Assembly (NCBI GenBank): GCA_964544935.1
Contig: CAZJDZ010000001.1
Coordinates: forward strand, 27,018-91,017
DNA from: an uncultured Candidatus Saccharibacteria bacterium
GTDB lineage: Bacteria; Patescibacteriota; Minisyncoccia; Phycocordibacterales; UBA5272
Direction of reading: 5' to 3'
Length of the DNA: 64,000 nt
The position numbers and the translations under genes were made by a program. Under the pieces are notes generated by a model that worked only from the letters and a program-made list of their open reading frames with translations, did not search any database and had not been told where the DNA came from. Each line of letters starts with the position of its first letter. The first letter of the stretch is position 1. Below, one piece after another: positions 57,653 to 64,000 of this stretch.

Positions 57653-57976
57653 TCAACCGCCAATAGAAAACATATTTACATAACATGTTCCAAATCCAAC
57701 CAGTATTGATACTGCAAGGAAAAGTGCTGCAAACTTCATAAGATTCTTTCCTCCTCTATTAAAAGTAATAGCCCCAACTATGAGAAATAAAAAAGGAGAA
57801 AAGATTGCAAGAGGGGCACCAATATACCATAGAAAGACCCCCTGTTCAAAAATAAAGCTAGATAACGACGAAGCAATAAGAATAACCATTGTGGCTATAA
57901 AAATTATTTTTGGGATTTTTAGAGTATCTTTTTCTTTAATTGATTTAACTTCTGCTTGTATTATTTTTTCTTTCAT
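57653..57976 (-). CDS. Three-TM membrane protein, paralog 1
   Basis: FLIVGAIT..RGG..LMKFA...VGFGTCYVN. Confidence 0.75.
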   Translation of the reverse strand: MKEKIIQAEVKSIKEKDTLKIPKIIFIATMVILIASSLSSFIFEQGVFLWYIGAPLAIFSPFLFLIVGAITFNRGGKNLMKFAALFLAVSILVGFGTCYVNMFSIGG

Positions 57977-58021
57977 GCGTATTTATTTTTTACTAATAAT
58001 AGTATTAATAAAACAAATCGT

Positions 58022-58381
58022 CTATATTCCCCCAATATTTACAAAACAAGTCCCAGCACCAACAAGAGTAGTTACAAGAAAGAAGTGTCCTGCAAATTTT
58101 ATAAGACGACTACCTCCATTTTTATAAGTAATAGCACCTACTATTAAAAAAATAATCGTGAATAAAGTTGAAACCATTAGGGCAATAGCCCAGGAATTCA
58201 CCCCTCCACCTTGCATAAACAGCTGAACTATAACAGAATCAGATCCTAGTTCTAAATGTCGAATTATAAAACCTAACAACGAAGGAATGATAAAGACTGC
58301 TATCGTAATTTTAATCAAAAGTTTCCCAAACTTTTCCATCTTTGTTTCCACTATAGGTTCTTGTGTTGTATTTTCTTGCAT
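58022..58381 (-). CDS. Three-TM membrane protein, paralog 2
   Basis: FLIVGAITYKNGG.RLIKFAG...VGAGTCFVN. Confidence 0.75.
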   Translation of the reverse strand: MQENTTQEPIVETKMEKFGKLLIKITIAVFIIPSLLGFIIRHLELGSDSVIVQLFMQGGGVNSWAIALMVSTLFTIIFLIVGAITYKNGGSRLIKFAGHFFLVTTLVGAGTCFVNIGGI

Positions 58382-58476
58382 AGATATAGTATATCCTAAA
58401 CTTTTTCTTATGCGTATAAGAATTCCTGCTGCAAAGATTTATATATTCTAGAAAATTAGAAAACATATCCCAACCT

Positions 58477-58836
58477 CTAACAAGAAGGACACAAAATATC
58501 TACCGCGGAAATATTTACAAAACATGTTCCAGTTCCAACTACAAGTGTTGTTATAAAAAAAAGACCAGCAAATCTCATAAGACGACCACCTCCTTTTTTA
58601 TAGGTGATAGTCCCTACTATCAAAAATATAACAGAAAAAACAACAGAAACTGCTGCTGTAGTGAGGTAGGTACCAAGAATCAAATAATTCATTAATGATT
58701 GACTTCCAACCCCCATAGCAATCAAACCAATTAGTATTGAGATAACAGACACTGCTACCGTAACTTTTAATAAAAGTTTTGCAAACTTTTCCATCTTTGT
58801 TTCTACTATAGGTTCTTGTGTTATATTTTCTAGCAT
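58477..58836 (-). CDS. Three-TM membrane protein, paralog 3
   Basis: FLIVGTITYKKGG.RLMRFAG...VGTGTCFVN. Confidence 0.75.
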   Translation of the reverse strand: MLENITQEPIVETKMEKFAKLLLKVTVAVSVISILIGLIAMGVGSQSLMNYLILGTYLTTAAVSVVFSVIFLIVGTITYKKGGGRLMRFAGLFFITTLVVGTGTCFVNISAVDILCPSC

Positions 58837-58874
58837 AGATATAAGTATATATCAAAATCTTTACTAAAAAGAAA

Positions 58875-59630
58875 CTATTTCTTAAAAAACTGCATAACTG
58901 TTTCTTTTTGCATATCAAAAAAGCTTTTTTGTTTATACCCCTGTACTCCAAAACCAGCCACATTTACTTTTTCGTTATTAGTATACGTAGAAAATATCCT
59001 GTCCCAAATAGAAAAGACTGCACCGAAATTATGACCCTGACTATATCTATCTTGATAATGATGAATTCTATGATTTCGTGGTGTTATAAGAAAAAGATCA
59101 CACCACTTTGGTAACTGTAAGTATGAAATGTGGCAAAAAAATTGATATGTCAATACAAAAAAATAAGCACTGATAATTGTATACGGAGAAATATGAAGAA
59201 AGACGAGAGGAATAAGCATCAGATAAATAGATGCTTGCCCTATCCAAGGCAGCATAAGTGCAAGAGCTAGATTATATGTAGTTCCAACATGGTGAATTTT
59301 ATGTATTGTAAATAGTTTTTTATTGCCATGATGCGCTCTATGGTAAAAATAGTACAAGATATCGATAAGTACAACTGTTATAATAATTTGACTAGGCACC
59401 TTACTCGGAACATCTCCCCATATGTGTGTATATATTTTTGTTGTTACAAAAAGAAATATAAGAACACTTATTGTTTCTGTAAAAATAAGTACGACTCCGT
59501 TATAAAGAGCGTCTTTTATTTCTGTTGTTGTATATCTATCATCATTTTTAATAATACTGTAGAAATATTCTACAAGTGTATAGACAACTGTTGAAAAAAA
59601 GAAAACAAGGGTCTTACCTAAAAATAACAT
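58875..59630 (-). CDS. Sterol desaturase/fatty acid hydroxylase family protein
   Basis: His boxes HRAHH, HKIHH, HRIHH; NFG..FSIWDR. Confidence 0.88.
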   Translation of the reverse strand: MLFLGKTLVFFFSTVVYTLVEYFYSIIKNDDRYTTTEIKDALYNGVVLIFTETISVLIFLFVTTKIYTHIWGDVPSKVPSQIIITVVLIDILYYFYHRAHHGNKKLFTIHKIHHVGTTYNLALALMLPWIGQASIYLMLIPLVFLHISPYTIISAYFFVLTYQFFCHISYLQLPKWCDLFLITPRNHRIHHYQDRYSQGHNFGAVFSIWDRIFSTYTNNEKVNVAGFGVQGYKQKSFFDMQKETVMQFFKK

Positions 59631-59742
59631 ATATTTAATTGCATTATAGTATACCTTGTATAGATGGTATTGGCATAAGAAATCCCCGCAAGCAAGCTTG
59701 CGGGGATGTGGCTATAGTAGCCAGAATTCAAACCTTGTTCAT

Positions 59743-61122
59743 TTACTTCGTACCGTAATAGTGACAGAAGCTATCCACCTCCCCCTCTGGCGTAAGCACA
59801 TGGGTACAACAGCTCGCGATACGAGTCCAATCCCATGTACGTACATCCATAAACGGCTTGATGAACACCATCTTGATGTCGGATTTTTTAACGCCAATTG
59901 CTGCAAGTTCAGCTTCCAGATTCACATAGTCACACCCACACGCTGCAAGTGTGTCGTCGACATCAAAATTCATCCGATTGGCGATGAACGGCGCGAACCT
60001 GCTCATGTCCACAAAATTCGACACCGGCATCCACACCCCATCCTTACGAACAAGGAAGCCAACTGAACCACAGTTTGGATCACTGCACGGAAGAGGTGTC
60101 CAAGACTTCATATCCATGACACCGTCGCGTGCAACACTGTGCACAATGTCTGCGACATTGATTGGAATCTCGAGCAACTTCTTCGCGTCATTCCGTCCAG
60201 AGATGAACTCTGGCTGAAAGACAACCCAGCGGATATTGTCATCTGTGAGCGCTCTTGCGACCGCAGTGTGACATTCAAACTTATTGTCATGGGATACCGT
60301 CATCACAAGGGCAACAGGCATGCCGTGCTTGGATGCGCTCAAGATTGCTCTTTCACGAACTTCTCGAAAATCTCCAGCACGTAACTCTTTCTGTCCATTC
60401 TCAACGTCACCATCGAACTGAAGGTAGACACTGAAGCTTCCACGCTTTACTGCCATCTCAAGATTGTGCATGAAAACAGGGTCTCCGAAGCGACTACCGT
60501 TGGTGTTGAGGAGTACATCCTTGATACCCTCCTGATCACGTAGCCAACGAACAATCTCAAACAGATCTGGATGAAGTGTTGGCTCACCACCAGAGAGTTG
60601 AATGATGTCGATAACCCCTCCCTGTTTATCAAGGACCATTTTGATCTGGCTCTTGAAATCTTCCAAAGAAAGGAAAGACTGTGAGCGTCCCGTTTTCGTC
60701 TGAGGACTATCTGCATAACATGTCGGACATGCAAGATTGCAATCATACACAATCTCTACCACCAATGTACAGGTGTGAAGCTGTGAAGCAGTGACAGCAT
60801 TCTCCCCAAGAGAAGACGTGCCGCAACCACTTGGCCCACAACCACACGCTTCACCTTCCTGTTTGAGAAAGTAAAAATTCGCATCACTTGAAAGACGTGA
60901 ACTCGTGCGACCGTGCTCCGGACAATGCTTCACCGCATATATACGAGCAGGTGTATCGTTTGACTTAAAGATCTCCGCACGACACCTTACCCCGCACTCA
61001 TTGCAACGTGACCATGTATCTGCAATACGTGACCCATTTCCACAAAAGTGGTCATATGTGAGCGCATTTGCACAACATGCGCCTTCACTTACCACAACTT
61101 CCTGAGTATACTTTGAACTCAT
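59743..61122 (-). CDS. Radical SAM enzyme, MJ0619/tetraether synthase (Tes)-like family
   Basis: CNLACPTC, SGGEPT; N-terminal CNEC...CPEHG; C-terminal PCSDPNC and CCTHVLTPEG...FC. Confidence 0.8.
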   Translation of the reverse strand: MSSKYTQEVVVSEGACCANALTYDHFCGNGSRIADTWSRCNECGVRCRAEIFKSNDTPARIYAVKHCPEHGRTSSRLSSDANFYFLKQEGEACGCGPSGCGTSSLGENAVTASQLHTCTLVVEIVYDCNLACPTCYADSPQTKTGRSQSFLSLEDFKSQIKMVLDKQGGVIDIIQLSGGEPTLHPDLFEIVRWLRDQEGIKDVLLNTNGSRFGDPVFMHNLEMAVKRGSFSVYLQFDGDVENGQKELRAGDFREVRERAILSASKHGMPVALVMTVSHDNKFECHTAVARALTDDNIRWVVFQPEFISGRNDAKKLLEIPINVADIVHSVARDGVMDMKSWTPLPCSDPNCGSVGFLVRKDGVWMPVSNFVDMSRFAPFIANRMNFDVDDTLAACGCDYVNLEAELAAIGVKKSDIKMVFIKPFMDVRTWDWTRIASCCTHVLTPEGEVDSFCHYYGTK

Positions 61123-61142
61123 GACACAACCCCTTTCGTAGG

Positions 61143-61844
61143 TTAGTTTGATTTGTACAATCCGTTTTTAATACTATCAAAGATATAGTAGAACACAAAC
61201 ATAAGACAACAAATCTGAATAGCAGAGAGGGATAGTACTATTGGTTGCGTGTCCTTCAAAAACTCAAAAATGAATCTCATACCAAAATAAATGATGATAA
61301 AAAGCCTAAAAATAAAGCCATTTTGAAATCTCTTATTTTTGACGAAATGATGAGCAAGTGGTAATAGTATTAAAAGTTCTATAATTTCGTACAATGGTAT
61401 TGGGTGACGATTAAAATCATCCCCTTGCTTGAAACACCATACATAATCACAAACACTTCCAATTGTTCCATCTGCTACGCCAGTAAACTGACATCCAATA
61501 CGCCCGATGATAATTGCAATAATGAGTGGCACCACAACCGTATCCCCTGTATTATTTTTGATACCAAGTAACTTCTTTGTAATCTCTGTTCCAAGAATCC
61601 CACCAGCAATACCACCTATGATCGTCTTGTTCAGGTAATAATAAAGCCATGTTGGGGGATGAAGAAAAAGATGAGGATCTTCAAGTGCTGCTAGTAATCG
61701 TGACCCGACAAGTGCTCCGATAAGCGCACCTAAGATATAAAAAATTTTCTTAGTATCATCAAGCTCTGATTTCTTATTCAAAGAATAATAAAGCTGCATC
61801 CCAATAAAGATGGAGAGATAGTCAGTAATGAGATGAACAGACAT
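61143..61844 (-). CDS. Prolipoprotein diacylglyceryl transferase (Lgt)-family protein
   Basis: GALVGSRL, KTIIGG, IGRIGC, RHPIPLYE, RFIFEFLK. Confidence 0.8.
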   Translation of the reverse strand: MSVHLITDYLSIFIGMQLYYSLNKKSELDDTKKIFYILGALIGALVGSRLLAALEDPHLFLHPPTWLYYYLNKTIIGGIAGGILGTEITKKLLGIKNNTGDTVVVPLIIAIIIGRIGCQFTGVADGTIGSVCDYVWCFKQGDDFNRHPIPLYEIIELLILLPLAHHFVKNKRFQNGFIFRLFIIIYFGMRFIFEFLKDTQPIVLSLSAIQICCLMFVFYYIFDSIKNGLYKSN

Positions 61845-61858
61845 AGAAGATTACAATA

Positions 61859-63856
61859 CTACTTCCCTATCACTTCCTTCAGAAAGGCTTTTTGATTTGG
61901 TTCACGTCCTAGGAAATTCTTCATGAGTTTGATCTCATCCTCACTACTTCCCTTCTCAAGTACTTCTCTTCGCCACTTCATACCAACCTCAGTGTTTGTC
62001 ATAACATTCTTATTGCCTTTGGTCTTAAAACTTCCAAATGCATCACACGCATACACGAGCGCCCAGAGGTATGAGTAGTATCCAGCATCGTAGCCAACAA
62101 GATGACCAAATCCTGCAGGGAAGAGTGTCTCCTTCTCTGGAAGCTCTACATTGAAATACATCTTATTCATCTTACGATATGCGGCACGAGCATCCTTCAC
62201 TTTTCCTGTATGGAGATCAAGATCGAGTTTCCCTTGGATAAGTTGACGTGTATAAAAGTATGCATTCTGGAATGTCTTACCTTTGATAATTCTCTCAATC
62301 ATCGCATCATCCATCTGCTTTCCTGTCTCATAGTGACATGACAATTTCTTCATCACCTCTTTGTCCCAAACCCAGTTCTCCATAATCTGTGAAGGTGTCT
62401 CTACGAAGTCCCACGCAACATTTGCCCCAGCCTGTGACTCAAGACGTGCTCGTGAAAGCGTCATATGAAGTAGGTGACCAAATTCATGGAAAAGTGTCTC
62501 AACATCTGAAAGAGATAGGAGGGAAGGTACTTTTTTAGTTGGTGTAGGAAAATTACAAATCATACTTGCAAGTGGTGCGATATATTCATCAGTTCTATAC
62601 CCATGTTCATGTGGAACAATCACATCTACCATACATGCATGTCCATACTTCCCTTCTCGTGGGAATAGATCAAGTGTAAAGTAACCAACAAGAGTTCCAT
62701 CTTGATCATTGATCTGATACATCTTTGCATCCTTATGCCAGAGCGGAACAGAGTATTCTGCAATCACAATTCCGAAAAGATTCTCACAAAGAGTAAAGAG
62801 TTCTTTCTTTACATGTTCAAGGGGAAAGTATGCTCGCACTGTTTCAGGATCAAGATCATACAATTTCTTTTTGAGACTAGTCGCAACAAAGCTAATATCA
62901 TAATGTTCCAACTTCTTGATATCAAGAGTCTTAGCATGTGCTTGAAGTATTTTCACATCTTCTTTTGCAAGTGGAGCAAGTGTTTTGAGAAGTGAATTTT
63001 GAAAATCCTCTGCTGCTTTAGCTGTCTTTGCCATACGAGTCTCGACACGGAAATCAGCATGATGCTTGTATCCTAGGATAGTCGCAATCTCATGGCGAAG
63101 CTTTACTAGCTCTTCAATGATCTTAAGGTTTTTTGCACCCCCTTTCTTTAAATTCTTAAGAGATAATTCTTCACGTTTTTTTCTGTTGGTTGCTTCTGCT
63201 AGGAATGGAAAGATATGAGGGTACTGCAAAGAGACGATATATCTTCCATCAGTATGTTTTGGAAGCGTTGCAACAAAACGCGGAGAAAGCCCTGCAAGCT
63301 CTTCTTCTGTACAAAGAATGTAGTCTTGGTAGTCGTTAATATTTTTTCTAAAGGAAATAGAGAGTGTTGATGTTTTTTTAAGGAGAACCTTAAGACGCTT
63401 CTGCTTTTCTGTTGGTAAATCAAATCCCATACGGCGATACTCACGAAGTGTTTCTTCAAGAAGTTTGATATCTTCTTTACGAAGTGTTTTCTTCTCATCT
63501 GCAAAGTTGCCTTCATAGTACTCAACAAGGGAGATGTAGAGGTCGCGATCATACTCGATATCTACAAGTTTACTTGAGAGTTCTGTGGCAATCTCAGTTG
63601 CTGCATCACGCACTTCTTTCTTAGTTGATACTTCAGAAAGGAATCCCATTTTACTGAAGAAACTTTCAAAAGAATCATCACATCGTTCAAGTGCATACAG
63701 TGTATTTAAAAATGTGCGATTCTCAGGAAGAATCTTCTTTATCTCTCCATATACTTTTTTCTTGTGAACGATATACTCGTCAGCTTTTTTCTTCATCTGT
63801 GCCGGTGTCATTTTCACCCATGTAAAATCTTTTGTAGTAAGTGGCAGTGTTTTCAT
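61859..63856 (-). CDS. M3-family Zn oligopeptidase (thimet/PrlC-like)
   Basis: TLFHEFGH, DFVETPSQ, GYYSYLWA, FLGR. Confidence 0.92.
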   Translation of the reverse strand: MKTLPLTTKDFTWVKMTPAQMKKKADEYIVHKKKVYGEIKKILPENRTFLNTLYALERCDDSFESFFSKMGFLSEVSTKKEVRDAATEIATELSSKLVDIEYDRDLYISLVEYYEGNFADEKKTLRKEDIKLLEETLREYRRMGFDLPTEKQKRLKVLLKKTSTLSISFRKNINDYQDYILCTEEELAGLSPRFVATLPKHTDGRYIVSLQYPHIFPFLAEATNRKKREELSLKNLKKGGAKNLKIIEELVKLRHEIATILGYKHHADFRVETRMAKTAKAAEDFQNSLLKTLAPLAKEDVKILQAHAKTLDIKKLEHYDISFVATSLKKKLYDLDPETVRAYFPLEHVKKELFTLCENLFGIVIAEYSVPLWHKDAKMYQINDQDGTLVGYFTLDLFPREGKYGHACMVDVIVPHEHGYRTDEYIAPLASMICNFPTPTKKVPSLLSLSDVETLFHEFGHLLHMTLSRARLESQAGANVAWDFVETPSQIMENWVWDKEVMKKLSCHYETGKQMDDAMIERIIKGKTFQNAYFYTRQLIQGKLDLDLHTGKVKDARAAYRKMNKMYFNVELPEKETLFPAGFGHLVGYDAGYYSYLWALVYACDAFGSFKTKGNKNVMTNTEVGMKWRREVLEKGSSEDEIKLMKNFLGREPNQKAFLKEVIGK

Positions 63857-63889
63857 AGTGAATGTATTTTACCATATATATAAAAAAGA

Positions 63890-63921
63890 ATGACCCCGGC
63901 CGCTTACGCGACCGGGGTCAT
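63890..63921 (-). terminator. Terminator of a gene beyond the window end
   Basis: ATGACCCCGG...CCGGGGTCAT with T-tract on the minus strand. Confidence 0.6.
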
Positions 63922-64000
63922 GATTCAGAAAGATTCACACATCACATGCTTGAGCGTAAACATCTGACCGAATACATCTGGCGAGACGACGCTCGTGTGC

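Noticed and set aside
1-64000. Alternative genetic code (TGA=Gly, as in Gracilibacteria/Absconditabacteria)
   Set aside because: Long conserved genes read through intact under code 11, and TGA ends genes at plausible positions (e.g. lepA, the MTase at 8139).

Overview
AT-rich bacterial chromosome segment, genetic code 11. Gene content and style suggest Patescibacteria/CPR (Parcubacteria-like); this is inference. Housekeeping genes: murF, secA, valS, lepA, murJ, typA, mscL, rnpB and an M3 peptidase. Five tRNA genes: Ser-ACT, Ser-GCT, Glu-CTC, Arg-CCT, Phe-GAA. The most striking signals are non-coding and tRNA-anchored. (1) Four tRNAs have downstream modules with a shared scaffold (8-bp hairpin with invariant CCTGCG loop; GGGGTCGC...GTGACC stem). 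Each carries an antisense copy of its own tRNA's T-arm/acceptor, split at the same tRNA position, and ends in a duplicated tRNA 3' end. (2) A large serine recombinase island (about 4575-21221) at tRNA-Ser(ACT) shares its ends with two single-gene mini-cassettes (GNAT, HAD) stacked in tandem at tRNA-Ser(GCT), an integron-like arrangement. Also notable: a promoter-hairpin-U-tract unit nested antisense inside rnpB; a free-standing ~210-nt structured RNA candidate; a cluster of Lgt-like, tetraether-synthase-like radical SAM, desaturase and three Cys-motif membrane proteins; a probable DGR target gene; a betaproteobacterial-type HPF; and an A34 tRNA-Ser(ACT). All alignments and pairings were made by eye; no searches were run.
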